Source: an uncultured Nitrospiraceae bacterium (GTDB lineage: Bacteria > Nitrospirota > Thermodesulfovibrionia > Thermodesulfovibrionales > Dissulfurispiraceae). From it: a DNA stretch of 64,000 nucleotides. Under the pieces are notes generated by a model. It did no database searches and was not told the origin of the DNA. It worked only from the letters and a program-made list of their open reading frames with translations. Shown here in pieces: positions 38,468 through 49,471 of the stretch (position 1 is its first letter; each line of letters opens with the position of its first letter). The stretch lies in contig CAVPIW010000007.1 in the NCBI GenBank assembly GCA_963705105.1, positions 256,001 through 320,000 on the forward strand, written 5' to 3'. A program made the translations under genes and the position numbers.

Positions 38468-38740
38468 TCACTCTAATGGTTTTATGGGCATAGGATTTTG
38501 CCCGCTCACCGCAAGGCGCCAATCTGTCATAAGGTCCTCCCGATGAATCTCAATCCACGCCTGAACCAGCCTCTGTTTGTTCTTGGGTATGCTTCCTTCG
38601 AGAACCTCACCATCTGCGATTGAAAAAACGGCGTCATCTTCTCCATAAGATGCGTGGAAATGCGGCAACTTGTGCTTCTTGTTGTCGTAAAAATACATAT
38701 AAATGATTATTCCGAAGAACATTGAGATTGTCGGCATCAT
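38468..38740 (-). CDS. DUF4160 protein (DhiT-like toxin)
   Basis: MPTISMFFGIII.MY...H.LPHFHA...AWIEIH. Confidence 0.9.
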   Translation of the reverse strand: MMPTISMFFGIIIYMYFYDNKKHKLPHFHASYGEDDAVFSIADGEVLEGSIPKNKQRLVQAWIEIHREDLMTDWRLAVSGQNPMPIKPLE

Positions 38741-38882
38741 TCTCCTTTTATCAATATTATACATGAGACCGTCGCTCTTCATATCACGCTGAAAGGTCAT
38801 GCTGTCCATCCATCGACGTCCGGACAAGTTGGTTTTATTGGCAACGTGGAAATCGAGCAGGGTTGCGACGACAGCGTGTCTG

Positions 38883-40189
38883 CTACGTGCTGTTTCTCGT
38901 CAGGTGCACGACCGATTCGACATGGTAGGTCTGGGGAAAGAAGTCGACCATTCTCGCCGATTGGACGGTGTAACGCACTGAGAGTTTCTTCAGGTCTCTT
39001 GCGAGTGTCGGGGGATTGCACGAGACATAGACGATCCTTTCCGGTTCCATGGCGAGGACTGTCTGTATGACACGCTTTGTGAGACCCGTCCTCGGCGGAT
39101 CGAGGATGAGCACATCAATCCCTTCGGGGACCTGAAGACTCTCTGCCGCAGTCCTGACAAATCTGCAGTTCCCGATTCTGTTTCGCCTGCAGTTTCTGCG
39201 GCCGTCCCCGACGGCTTGGCTGTTTTCTTCGACGGCGATGACACGCAGGGCCTCGCGGGAGAGGGGAAGGGAAAAATTCCCCGCGCCGGCGTAGAGATCG
39301 AGGACCGACTTGCCCGTGAGGGGAGACAATTCCTGCAGGAGCGTCCTGATGAGGTCCCCGTTGAGGTCCCAGTTGCTCTGAAAGAAGGCGGCGCCGGAAA
39401 ATGCGAAGACCAGCCCGTCCAGCCGGAGCTGCGATCGTTCCGCCCCGAGGGTCAGCCGATTACCGGCGGCGGTCGCGATCGTAACTCCCGCCAGGCCTGC
39501 GTCTATCAGACGGCGGGCCAGGTCCCTGAACATCGCCGGGATTGCACTGCTTTATCCGGCACTTTCAGGAAGCAGATGACTCCTTCACCCGCAGACAGGT
39601 GGAGTTCGAAGGGCGGGACGTCCCCTGTGCTCATCTCTTTGAGAACCGGTCCGACCACTGACAGAGAATCATTGATTTCGCGGCTCATGAGGAGACAGTG
39701 ACTGACCGGGACGAGTTCCCGTGTATTTTCTCGGAAAAAACCGATCTCGGCAGCGGCGGTCTTGAATTGACCACGGTACCGGTGATGCCACGGGGGACCC
39801 GTGAGGGAGGGTAAAAGCTCCGTATGGATGCCCGCGATCCGGGCGAGGCAGTCGCGCAGCACCTGCTCTTTCATCGCGACCTGCTCGCGATATTCGATAT
39901 ACTGAAACTGACAACCGCCGCAGATCCCGAAATAAGGGCAGGGAGGTGTGACCCTGAAGGGAGAGGCTTCGATGACCCTTGTCACCGTCGCCCGCGAAAA
40001 GTCCCTCCGCTCTTCATCGATCTCAGCTTCGACCGTTTCGCCGGGGATGGCCCCCCTTACAAGGATGACCTTGCCCCCCTTACGAAGCTGCGCCTGACCC
40101 CCACTGCCGTCAGGCGACCTTGCGAGGCAGTAGCCGCCGTAGACGGGGATTTCGGTCCTGACAGTCAGGAAGGGGTCATTTCCGCTCAA
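38883..40189 (-). pseudogene. TRAM-domain RNA m5U methyltransferase (RlmD/TrmA-like), split by one frameshift near 39535
   Basis: TRAM and CPYFGICGGC in 39506-40189; FFQSN, DLYAGAG, DPPR, YVSCNP, HVE in 38883-39533. Confidence 0.8.
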
Positions 40190-40526
40190 GAATCTGCTTG
40201 ATCGTCGCCTTGAGCTGCGTGAGGTCCGATGACTTCACGACGTAGGCATCGGATACCCAGACGGAGAAGTCGTCCCGGTAATCGTACGCGGTGAGCATGA
40301 TGATCGGCGTGGCGGCACGCTTTTCCTTCATCGCCCGGAGCACCTGGATCCCGTCCATTTCGGGCATCAGGATGTCGAGAGTCACGATGTCGGGATTTTC
40401 CCTGTCGAAGAGGTCAAGCGCCTCCAGCCCCGAATTGGCGGTGACGACCGTGTAGCCCTCATCCTCCAGCTCTGCCTTGTAAAGTTTCAGAATGTTCTTC
40501 TCATCATCGACAACAAGTACCTTCAT
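40176..40526 (-). CDS. Single-domain response regulator
   Basis: VVDDE, DILMP, VKSS; ATGA overlap with the kinase. Confidence 0.92.
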   Translation of the reverse strand: MKVLVVDDEKNILKLYKAELEDEGYTVVTANSGLEALDLFDRENPDIVTLDILMPEMDGIQVLRAMKEKRAATPIIMLTAYDYRDDFSVWVSDAYVVKSSDLTQLKATIKQILERK

Positions 40527-43084
40527 GCAGCAACCTCCTGTATCGGTAGATAGATCCTGAAAGTCGTCCCCTTGCCCCAGGTACTGGTCACGTCCATCCT
40601 CGCCCCGTGTTCCTCGACGATCCTCTTGGTGATGGAGAGACCAAGCCCCGTTCCCGTCGGCCTGGTCGTGAAAAAGGGATCGAAGATGCGGCACAGGTCG
40701 TCGGCCCTGATGCCGCACCCGGTGTCGGAGATTTCGATGACCGCCTCGGTCCGCGTAAAGTTGCCCGATCCGTTGCCGGCGACCCTGTCGGTGCGGTATG
40801 CGCTGATCGCGATGCGTCCGTTGTCCGTGGCCTGATTGGCGTTTGTCACGATGTTGATGATCACCTCCCTGAATCTGTCCGGATCGACGGACACGGTGAA
40901 TGTCCGGGGCACTTCCCCGACGAGGACGTTTCCCTTCTCATGCACTGCAGGTTCGAGAAGGTTGACGACATCATTGATGAAGCCTGCGACGTCCACGTCA
41001 CGGACCTGCATGCGCCCGCTCCTGACGAAACTGAGGGTATCATTCAGGATCCCCTCGAGGCGGGTGACCTCATCGACGACTATTTTCGCATACTCCCTGA
41101 GCTCCCTGTTGAGACTCCGTTCGAGTCTCCGGGCAAACCCCCCGATGGACAGGAGCGGGTTTCTGATTTCATGGGCCACCCGTGCCGCCATTTCGCCGAG
41201 GGCGGCCATCCTTTCGGCAGCGGCCACCTGTTCCCGCAGTTTCCTTATCTCCGTGACGTCGCGTACGATGTGGACGGTGCCTGTCAACTCGCCCGCCTTG
41301 CTGATGATCGGCGAGCTCGACACGAGATGCGTCTCGCCCGGGCGGATGAAGTCATCGACCTCCTCAATGAAGGGCTCCCTCATGGATATGGTCCTGAGGT
41401 GCGGGCAACGCTCCCAGGGTTCATGCAACCCGTGGAACACCTCGTAACATTTCCTGCCGATAATGTCTGATTCCTCCTTGCCGAGCCCCTCCAGCACGGC
41501 CCGGTTCACCTTCCTGATCGTGAAATCGGATCCGATGATGTAGACGAAATCCGAGATCGACTCGAAGATGTTTTCCAGCTCCTGCTCAGCCTGGGCAACC
41601 TGCTCGAAAAGGCGCGCGTTCTCGACGGCCGACGCGATCTGGTCGGTGAATCCCTTCAGGAACTCCATATCGTTGGCAGTGATCTGCCTCTTCGAGTAGA
41701 GATTGTCGACCCAGAGGATGCCGATCACCTTGTCCCGGGAGATAAGGGGAACGACTGCATAGGCTGTCGTCCCCAGATACTGGATCAGAATCCCGTCGGA
41801 GAAAGGCTCCGCATTGACGTCCGTCACATTGAAAGCCCTCTTCTCCCTTGCCGCCTTCGTGAGAATGGTATTTGTGTCGAGACCGATCTCCAGGGTACTG
41901 CACAGCCTTTCCATGAAGGAGTCCTTCCGGAGGGGGCTTCTTTCGATCTCCCTCATCAGGGAATGGAGGTCCTTCCTCTCCATGGACAAGCGCGACCAGA
42001 TCTCCCAGGCCTCTTCGTGACTCGACGGTCCGACCCCCATCGCCCCCCTGAGGATGCCCCTGCCCTCGTCGACGAGGAAAAGAATGGCCCTGTTGAACCC
42101 GAGACCGTCTCCCATGGTGACGGCCGTCAGCACCATTCTCAGGAGCTTGTCCAGTTCCAGCGTTCCCCTCATTGCCGATGCGATAAAGAAGAGCCTCGAG
42201 AGTTCGTCGCTCTTTCTCATCAACTCCTTTTCGATCCTCTTGCGCTCCGTGACGTCCCGGGAGATGCCGCTGATGCCGATAATCGCCCCCTGGGTGTTCC
42301 TGACCGGCGAGAGGGTCACGGTGACGTCGATAATCCTTCCATCGGCCGCTTTTCTGATCGTCTCGATATCCTTGATGACCTCTCCCCTGCTCACGCTCTC
42401 CATATATTCCCTTTCGACATCCATGATGAAATCGGGCACGAAGGGGAGAAATGTCCCGATGACCTCATCGGCCGCGAAGCCGTAGATCTTCTCGGCGCCC
42501 TTGTTCCAGGACGTGATGATTCCCGACAGGTCGCTCACGACGATGGCGTCGGCGGAGTTTTCGATGAGCCCTTCCAGGTATTTCTTCAGCTCCTCAACCT
42601 CTCTCCTTGCCTCGCCCGCTTCCTCCTCCCGCTTCTGAGACTCGGACCGTCGCACGCATCTGTCAGCGGCGAGGGCCGCGATCGAGGTCACGTCGCTGAG
42701 GACATCCATATCATCATCGGTGAAATCGAGGGGTGCGCCGTCAGGTCCCTTCCTGCCGGAGAGCTCAAGGGTGCCGGCGGTCCGATCACCGGCCTTCAGA
42801 GGCGCGCATACGCTGCCGCCGGATTTCACAACCGGTCCTTCGGTGCAAGCCGGGCCCTTTTCCTCCATATCTCCGGTGACGCCGAAGGACGCCCTGACTC
42901 TGAAGACATCTCCCTCGGCGACGCGGATTATGCATCCTGATGCGCCGAACAACGCCGCTGCTTCCATTGCCATTTTTCGGAGGGCTTCATCGGGGTCCGC
43001 CGCCTCGACGGCCAGGCGCACGAGACTGAGAAGCGCCGCAGTGCGGTTTTCGAGAGGCCCGCGCGATCCCCGGGAAGACTTCAT
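40523..43084 (-). CDS. GAF-PAS-GAF-PAS histidine kinase
   Basis: PAS WNKGAE, AHEIRNPL, G boxes; ATGA overlap with glgA. Confidence 0.92.
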   Translation of the reverse strand: MKSSRGSRGPLENRTAALLSLVRLAVEAADPDEALRKMAMEAAALFGASGCIIRVAEGDVFRVRASFGVTGDMEEKGPACTEGPVVKSGGSVCAPLKAGDRTAGTLELSGRKGPDGAPLDFTDDDMDVLSDVTSIAALAADRCVRRSESQKREEEAGEARREVEELKKYLEGLIENSADAIVVSDLSGIITSWNKGAEKIYGFAADEVIGTFLPFVPDFIMDVEREYMESVSRGEVIKDIETIRKAADGRIIDVTVTLSPVRNTQGAIIGISGISRDVTERKRIEKELMRKSDELSRLFFIASAMRGTLELDKLLRMVLTAVTMGDGLGFNRAILFLVDEGRGILRGAMGVGPSSHEEAWEIWSRLSMERKDLHSLMREIERSPLRKDSFMERLCSTLEIGLDTNTILTKAAREKRAFNVTDVNAEPFSDGILIQYLGTTAYAVVPLISRDKVIGILWVDNLYSKRQITANDMEFLKGFTDQIASAVENARLFEQVAQAEQELENIFESISDFVYIIGSDFTIRKVNRAVLEGLGKEESDIIGRKCYEVFHGLHEPWERCPHLRTISMREPFIEEVDDFIRPGETHLVSSSPIISKAGELTGTVHIVRDVTEIRKLREQVAAAERMAALGEMAARVAHEIRNPLLSIGGFARRLERSLNRELREYAKIVVDEVTRLEGILNDTLSFVRSGRMQVRDVDVAGFINDVVNLLEPAVHEKGNVLVGEVPRTFTVSVDPDRFREVIINIVTNANQATDNGRIAISAYRTDRVAGNGSGNFTRTEAVIEISDTGCGIRADDLCRIFDPFFTTRPTGTGLGLSITKRIVEEHGARMDVTSTWGKGTTFRIYLPIQEVAA

Positions 43085-44601
43085 GCTCCGGCAAGCCTCT
43101 GATAGAGATCTCCGTAGAGACGTGCCGAACGGGACCAGGAAAAGTCCTGATCCATGGCGTTCAGGACGATCTTCCGCCACGCAGGCCTCGCTTTTCTGAA
43201 GACACAGATCGCCTTTTTGACTGTCCCCAGCAGGGCCTCCGGGGCGTATTCCCTGACGAGGAACCCTGTCCCTTTCACGTCTTCGAACAGCTCATCACAG
43301 AAGAGAATTTCGGCCTGGCCCGACACATCGCTGATAGTGTCCGAGAGGCCGCCCGTCATCGTCGCCACCGGTATGGACCCGTACCTCATGGCGATGAGCT
43401 GACCCAGGCCGCAAGGCTCATAACGGGAGGGCATAAGAAAGATATCCGAGCCGGCGTAACAGAGATGGGCCAGCGGTTCATTGAATCCGAGAGACATGTG
43501 CATGGCGCCGGGGAATTTTTCGCTCAGATCTGCGAGCCGCCTCTGGTAGATGTCTTCTCCCTTGCCGAGCACGACGAACTGCGCTCCGGCCCGCATCAAT
43601 GCGGGCATGACATCGATCAGCAGCTCGATGCCCTTCTGACTCGAAAGTCTCCCGATGAAGCAGAGCAGGGGCCCCTCCGAATCCCTGAGACCGGTGCTCG
43701 CCCGGAGCTCCTGCCGGCAGGCTTCCCTGCCCGACAGGTCACCGGATGAAAAAGACGCCGGCAGGTGCGCATCCGTCAGCGGGTTCCATTCGCTGTCGTC
43801 GATGCCGTTCAGAATGCCCGTGAGCTCGCGGGACCTTTTTCTGAGCACCCCGTCGAGACCGAAGCCGAACTCGGGCGTCAGGATCTCCCGCGCATAGGTC
43901 GGGCTGACCGTCGTCACAGAGTCTGCCGCGACGATGCCCGCCTTCAGGAAATTGACGTTCCCGTAAAATTCGACCGCACCGGGGTGAAAGTGGTCCCAGC
44001 CGAGACCGGCGATATCCATGACCGACGGCGGGAACAGGCCCTGATACCCGAGGTTGTGGATGGTCATGACGGTCTTCGCCTTCCTGAAGGCGCCGTCACC
44101 GCGGTACGCCGTCTTCAGATAATAGGGGATGAGACCCGTCTGCCAGTCGTTGCAGTGGATGATGTGGGGGGAAAGGCGCAGTATCCTGCAGATCTCGAGG
44201 ACGCCCCGTGAAAAGACGATGAATCGTTCGGCATTGTCGGGGTAATCGCCGAGGGCCGTTCCGTAGAGCTCTTCCCTTCCGAAGAGATCGTCGTTTTCGA
44301 CAAAAAAGACGCGCCCGCCGACGATGGTCCCTTCGTCTGACGGGCCGGACCCGTACTTTTCGGTCCGCAGCGTGTAGACTCCGCACCGCCTCGTCACAGG
44401 ACCGGCAGGGATGTCAAGGGTGACACCCGTATCCCTGAGCCGGTCTCCGACGGCTTCCCTTGTCGATTTATAGAGGGGGACCATGAGGAACGCATCGAGG
44501 CCGGCTTTCCTGTATTCCCTGAAGAGAGTGCCCGCGACGTCTGCAAGGCCGCCCGTCTTCGAAAAGGGGACCGCCTCCGGGGAGGCGATGACGATTCTCA
44601 T
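43081..44601 (-). CDS. glgA: Glycogen synthase
   Basis: KTGGLADV, HCNDWQ, PSRYEPCGL. Confidence 0.95.
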   Translation of the reverse strand: MRIVIASPEAVPFSKTGGLADVAGTLFREYRKAGLDAFLMVPLYKSTREAVGDRLRDTGVTLDIPAGPVTRRCGVYTLRTEKYGSGPSDEGTIVGGRVFFVENDDLFGREELYGTALGDYPDNAERFIVFSRGVLEICRILRLSPHIIHCNDWQTGLIPYYLKTAYRGDGAFRKAKTVMTIHNLGYQGLFPPSVMDIAGLGWDHFHPGAVEFYGNVNFLKAGIVAADSVTTVSPTYAREILTPEFGFGLDGVLRKRSRELTGILNGIDDSEWNPLTDAHLPASFSSGDLSGREACRQELRASTGLRDSEGPLLCFIGRLSSQKGIELLIDVMPALMRAGAQFVVLGKGEDIYQRRLADLSEKFPGAMHMSLGFNEPLAHLCYAGSDIFLMPSRYEPCGLGQLIAMRYGSIPVATMTGGLSDTISDVSGQAEILFCDELFEDVKGTGFLVREYAPEALLGTVKKAICVFRKARPAWRKIVLNAMDQDFSWSRSARLYGDLYQRLAGA

Positions 44602-45596
44602 ATCTTCGCTTCTCTCATGAATTTCGTCGCCTCTTCCGGCGTGGTCGGGTTGATGTAGAAACCCGATCCCCACTCGAACCCGGCCATTCTCGTCAGCTTC
44701 GGCATGATCTCGATGTGCCAGTGGTAGTAGTCATTGATTTCGTCCTTGAACGGCGACGTATGGATGATGAAGTTATAGGGGGGAGCATCGAGCACCTTGT
44801 CGATCTGCCTGAGGACCCTCTGGAGAATCTCGGCAAGGCTGGTGAAACTCTTGTCCGGCGGCGAGAAGGAGGATTCGTGACTCTTCGGGAGAATCCACGT
44901 TTCGAAGGGTTCCCGGGGAGCGAAGGGCGATATGGCCACGTAGCGGTCGTTCTCGTAGATGACCCGTTTGTCCGCGCCCAGCTCCTGGCTGATGATGTCG
45001 CAGAAAATGCAGCGGTCCTTGCTCTCGAAATATTTCTTCGATGTCTCCATCTCGACCTGCACGATCCTCGGAACGATCGGCAGGGCGATCAGCTGGCTGT
45101 GCGTATGTTCAAGGGAGGAGCCCGCCACCTCGCCCTCATTCTTGAAGATGAGGACGTACTTCAGCCTGTTGTCCTTCTTGAGGTCCGTCAGTCTCTGATG
45201 ATAGGCCCAGAGCACGTCCTCGACGGCCCGCTGCGGCACCGTCGCAAGGGAGAGCTGATGATCGGGAGTTTCGATGATGACCTCATGGGCGCCGACGCCG
45301 TTCATCATGTCGAAGACGCCCTCGCCGCGCTTGCTCAGCTCCCCGTGTATCTGCAGGGCCGGGAATTTGTTGGGCACCACCCTGAGGGTCCAGCCCGGGG
45401 AATTGGGCGGTGTGCTCGCCGGCCTGAAGGCGACGATTTCGGGAGTCGTCGTATGTTCATTGCCCGGGCAGAAGGGACAGAAACCGCCGGCCCTCCTTTT
45501 CTGCGAGGGGGAGATGAAATCGGTCGGCCGCTTCCCGCGCTCGATAGAGATGATCACCCACCTTCCTGAAATCGGGTCTTTTCTCAGCTCAGGCAT
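44598..45596 (-). CDS. galT: Galactose-1-phosphate uridylyltransferase family
   Basis: CPFCPGNE, EHTHSQ, HWHIE. Confidence 0.9.
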   Translation of the reverse strand: MPELRKDPISGRWVIISIERGKRPTDFISPSQKRRAGGFCPFCPGNEHTTTPEIVAFRPASTPPNSPGWTLRVVPNKFPALQIHGELSKRGEGVFDMMNGVGAHEVIIETPDHQLSLATVPQRAVEDVLWAYHQRLTDLKKDNRLKYVLIFKNEGEVAGSSLEHTHSQLIALPIVPRIVQVEMETSKKYFESKDRCIFCDIISQELGADKRVIYENDRYVAISPFAPREPFETWILPKSHESSFSPPDKSFTSLAEILQRVLRQIDKVLDAPPYNFIIHTSPFKDEINDYYHWHIEIMPKLTRMAGFEWGSGFYINPTTPEEATKFMREAKI

Positions 45597-45726
45597 GTTT
45601 CCTCCTTGTATGAAGCCGCAGATCCATGTCGGTATTCATGACGTCCGGGATTGGGACGGCTTACAAAACCCGCCCGTTTTGGGTATTATTATAAGTCGGC
45701 TCTGAAATTCTAATAATTATACCACT

Positions 45727-46713
45727 ATGAAGCCAACTTTTCATGCGAACCCTGTGAACGATCCCTACGACGATCCGGCCGTTTTTGTCCGTATTTTGAG
45801 GGAGAAAAGGGCACTTCTCTTCGATCTCGGCGACATCGGGAGTCTCGGGCTCGGCCATATCCAGAAGATCACCGACATCTTCGTCACCCACATGCACATC
45901 GACCATTTCATCGGCTTCGACACCGTCCTGAGGGCGAACCTGAGAAGGACCGTCCCCCTCCGTGTCTACGGCCCTGACCCGATCATCGGCTGCGTCGCGG
46001 GGAAGCTGAAGGGCTACACCTGGAACCTGATCCGGGACTATCCCCTGAGGATCGAGGTCTTCGGGATCAGTCCCGGCATGCTGCATCACGCCGGCTTCCA
46101 TGCAGAGAATGCCTTCGAACAGGTCGACCATCCCCCGGTTCCTTTCGATGGGACCCTTCTGCAGGAGGTGATGTTCACCGTGAGAGGTCTCGTCCTGTCC
46201 CACCAGATCCCCGTTGTTGCCTATGCGATGGAGGAGGGATGCCACATCAACATCCACAAGGCGGCCCTCGACGAGATGGGCCTTCCCGTCGGTCCCTGGC
46301 TCTCCGATCTGAAACGGGCTGTCCGTGAGGGAGCGCCGGGAGACAGTACGTTCTTTGTGGACGGCAGGAGTCTCGCTCTCGATGCGCTGAGGCGCGTCGT
46401 CAGCATATCGAAGGGACAGAAGATCTCCTACGTCATGGATGTGTCGCCGACGGAAGAGAATATCGGCAGGATCATATCCTTTGTGCAAGGATCGGACATA
46501 CTCTTCTGCGAGGCCTATTTCCTTGGCAGGGACAGCGACAGGGCGATGGCGCGCCATCACCTGACAGCGGAGACAGCCGGGTGGATCGCCCGGAAAGCCG
46601 CCGTCGGATCGCTCGAAATCATGCATTTTTCTCCAAAGTACCGCGACTGCCCCGATGACATTTATGCCGAGGCGGAGAGGGCGTTCACCGGCAGCGCGGC
46701 GGAGGTCCGATGA
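45727..46713 (+). CDS. Ribonuclease Z-like metallo-beta-lactamase
   Basis: THMHIDHF, CEAYF, HLTA, HFSPKY. Confidence 0.85.
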   Translation: MKPTFHANPVNDPYDDPAVFVRILREKRALLFDLGDIGSLGLGHIQKITDIFVTHMHIDHFIGFDTVLRANLRRTVPLRVYGPDPIIGCVAGKLKGYTWNLIRDYPLRIEVFGISPGMLHHAGFHAENAFEQVDHPPVPFDGTLLQEVMFTVRGLVLSHQIPVVAYAMEEGCHINIHKAALDEMGLPVGPWLSDLKRAVREGAPGDSTFFVDGRSLALDALRRVVSISKGQKISYVMDVSPTEENIGRIISFVQGSDILFCEAYFLGRDSDRAMARHHLTAETAGWIARKAAVGSLEIMHFSPKYRDCPDDIYAEAERAFTGSAAEVR

Positions 46714-47465
46714 AAAGAGACGCCATTCTCGTTACAAATGACGACGGCGTGCATGCGCCGGGACTCATCGCCCTGTTCAAGGCGATGAAGGATCTCGGTG
46801 ACGCCTTCGTCGTCGCCCCCGACAGGGAGCGGAGCGCTGTCGGCCACGCCCTGACGCTCCACCGGCCCCTGAAGGCGGAGGAGCTCCGTGAAAACGTTTA
46901 CAGCGTCAACGGGACGCCGACGGATTGCGTCGCCCTCGGCATTCACAAGGTGCTCCCGCGGAAGCCCTTCCTCGTGGCCTCCGGCATCAACAGGGGTGCA
47001 AACCTGGGCGACGACATCACCTATTCCGGAACGGTCTCCGCCGCCATCGAGGGGACGATCCTCGGTGTGCCGTCCTTTGCCATTTCCCTCGTCGGGGACA
47101 AGCCCTATCATTACGAAACAGCCGTTCCCTATGCCGTTGAGGTCGCGCGCTACATCCTCGAAAAGTCCCTGCCCTTCGACACCCTGCTCAATGTGAATGT
47201 CCCGAACATCGCGAAGGACCAGGTGAAGGGCATCAAGTTCACGCGGCAGGGAAAGCGTGTCTACGATAACGCCATACAGGAGATCTACTCACCCTGGGGA
47301 GACAAGCACTATTGGATCGGCGGCGGCCAGCCGTACTGGGAGCAGGGCGAGGACATGGACATACAGGCCGTCCTCGACGGCTATGTCTCCATCACGCCGA
47401 TCCACCTCGACCTGACGAACTACGAGGCCCTGGAATACGTTTCGCGCACATGGAAGAGAGGCTGA
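46710..47465 (+). CDS. surE: 5'/3'-nucleotidase SurE
   Basis: TNDDG, GTPTDCV, SGINRGAN, YSGT. Confidence 0.97.
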   Translation: MKRDAILVTNDDGVHAPGLIALFKAMKDLGDAFVVAPDRERSAVGHALTLHRPLKAEELRENVYSVNGTPTDCVALGIHKVLPRKPFLVASGINRGANLGDDITYSGTVSAAIEGTILGVPSFAISLVGDKPYHYETAVPYAVEVARYILEKSLPFDTLLNVNVPNIAKDQVKGIKFTRQGKRVYDNAIQEIYSPWGDKHYWIGGGQPYWEQGEDMDIQAVLDGYVSITPIHLDLTNYEALEYVSRTWKRG

Positions 47466-47466
47466 T

Positions 47467-48111
47467 ATGGAAGATTACAGGAAGCTCCGGGACATCATGG
47501 TTGAGACCCAGCTCATTCCCAGGGGGATAAAGGATGCGAGGGTGCTGCAGGCGATGAGGAAGGTGCCGCGCCACCTCTTCGTCCCCGAGGTCTACCGCCA
47601 CAGCGCCTATGAGGACATGGCCCTCCCGATCGGGGAGGAGCAGACGATCTCACAGCCGTACATGGTCGCCGTCATGACGGAGCTTCTCGGACTGAAGGGA
47701 ACCGAGAAGGTGCTCGAAATCGGCACCGGCTCGGGGTACCAGGCTGCGATCCTCGCGGAGCTTGCCGGCACGGTCTACACGATCGAACGGCTCCCCGACC
47801 TCGCCGAGGAGGCACAGACGAGAATACGGTCCCTCGGATATGACAACGTGACGGTGGTGGCCGCAGACGGGACCAAGGGATACGAGCAGGAATCGCCCTA
47901 CGACAGGATCATCATCACCGCGGCTGCTCCCGCCATCCCGATGCCCCTCATCATGCAGCTTCGCGAGGACGGCGTCATCGTCGCCCCCGTGGGCGAGAGG
48001 TTTTCTCAGGTGCTCATCAGGGGCAGGAAAGAGGCGGGGAGTCTCGTCGAGGACTACCACACCCCCTGCGTCTTCGTCCCCCTCATCGGTGAGCACGGCT
48101 GGCAGAGATGA
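47467..48111 (+). CDS. pcm: Protein-L-isoaspartate O-methyltransferase
   Basis: QTISQP, EIGTGSGY, FVPLIG. Confidence 0.97.
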   Translation: MEDYRKLRDIMVETQLIPRGIKDARVLQAMRKVPRHLFVPEVYRHSAYEDMALPIGEEQTISQPYMVAVMTELLGLKGTEKVLEIGTGSGYQAAILAELAGTVYTIERLPDLAEEAQTRIRSLGYDNVTVVAADGTKGYEQESPYDRIIITAAAPAIPMPLIMQLREDGVIVAPVGERFSQVLIRGRKEAGSLVEDYHTPCVFVPLIGEHGWQR

Positions 48112-48117
48112 GATTAG

Positions 48118-48465
48118 CGATGCAGTCGCATGAAAAGGCGGGGCTGAACTTCATTGGTGTCCAAGGTAACGTAACACGAGGACAGGGCATGCTTTCTTCG
48201 CAAAATAAACTCCCTTTCCTCATGAGCATGTCTTTGTTTTGAAAACATGTGTCTTCACAGGTACACCTTTCTGTTGCATGGAAAGGCGCGGCGAAGCACC
48301 TCAAAGCCTTGCTGAAGGCGACGATGAGCCTCGTCAGCTTCGTGTTTCAGGATTCCACTCTTTGTGTCATCGACCATTGGCGTATAGTTCATGATACAGG
48401 TGTCGCCGCAGCAAGGTTTTCGGCGCATACACCCCGCCTTCCAGAAAGCGTATGCAACCATAAGG
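48118..48465. mobile_element. H-arm MITE unit (about 48118-48261) followed by a C'+B MITE (48266-48465)
   Basis: Second unit has a perfect TACA duplication (48262-48265, 48466-48469). Confidence 0.88.
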
Positions 48466-48645
48466 TACACAGTGCGGCTCCCGCTGCGGCTTGCGCCTTC
48501 GTCTACCGCCGCCGTGAACATTACCCGTGAATTTTGCTTCAGAAACCACACCCCGTCCTCGTTTTCAAGGTCTCGCTGCACAATATCTGGACAAAGGTGA
48601 GGGGTATACATTGCGGTTATCATGGGATGAAATCAGGAGGCAATC

Positions 48646-48915
48646 ATGGACGTCAAGATCGAGACACCGTCGGAGGAGATGATCAGGGAGCGTAATGTGA
48701 GGTCCTGGCCTATCTGGGAGAAAGGGGTCTCACGGTTCGGCTGGCACTACGATCAGACCGAGGAGTGTTTTCTCCTGGAAGGCAGGGTCGTCGTCGAAAC
48801 GAAGAACGGAGGCAGGGTCGAGTTTCAGAAGGGCGATTTCGTCACCTTTCCGAAGGGCCTCTCCTGCACGTGGGACATCAAGGAGCCGGTGAGAAAGCAC
48901 TACAACTTCCGGTAG
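48646..48915 (+). CDS. Cupin (DUF861 / cupin_3) protein
   Basis: W..W, F.WHY...E.C..LEG, GD.V.FPKG..CTW. Confidence 0.9.
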   Translation: MDVKIETPSEEMIRERNVRSWPIWEKGVSRFGWHYDQTEECFLLEGRVVVETKNGGRVEFQKGDFVTFPKGLSCTWDIKEPVRKHYNFR

Positions 48916-48982
48916 ACATATCGGGTCGCTCCGATATGGGTGGGACACCGCGATCACCCGTTCCGGCTGCCGGCAAAGCGCC

Positions 48983-49471
48983 TCAGAGGGTGTAGAGCGT
49001 TTCGTCCCTGAGAGGGGCTTTTCTCCGGCCTTTCGCGGCGATCTTCCGCTGCCTGAAGGGCATGTCCTCTCCTTCGAGGAGGTCCCCCATCTCCGCCTCG
49101 ATCTTGTCGGGGTCCTCCCCGGCTTCCATACGGCGGATCGCCTCCTCCATGCCCGATCCGAGATCGAGCCCCGTGGCGTCGCAGAGTTTTCGCATGAGAC
49201 GGGCGGCCTGTCTGGGGTCCTCATCGTTGATCCCCTGTGCTTCCCGTTCCAGGAGGGACATGGCTTTTTCGATCTTCGACTCGTCCAGGTCCGGCATACC
49301 CGCATCGTCAGACTCTTTCAGTCCTCTGAGAACGGAGACCCTCGAGACGAGACGCCCGATGGGGCCTTTCCCGCATTTCGGGCAGAGAGGGCGCTTCTCC
49401 GTGTTGACCCTGGCAGAGAAGAAATTAAAAATCGTATTGCAGTCGCTGCAGAAGAACTCATAGATCGGCAT
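48983..49471 (-). CDS. FmdB-family zinc-ribbon protein
   Basis: MPIYEFFCSDC...CPKCG, MEAGEDP. Confidence 0.88.
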   Translation of the reverse strand: MPIYEFFCSDCNTIFNFFSARVNTEKRPLCPKCGKGPIGRLVSRVSVLRGLKESDDAGMPDLDESKIEKAMSLLEREAQGINDEDPRQAARLMRKLCDATGLDLGSGMEEAIRRMEAGEDPDKIEAEMGDLLEGEDMPFRQRKIAAKGRRKAPLRDETLYTL

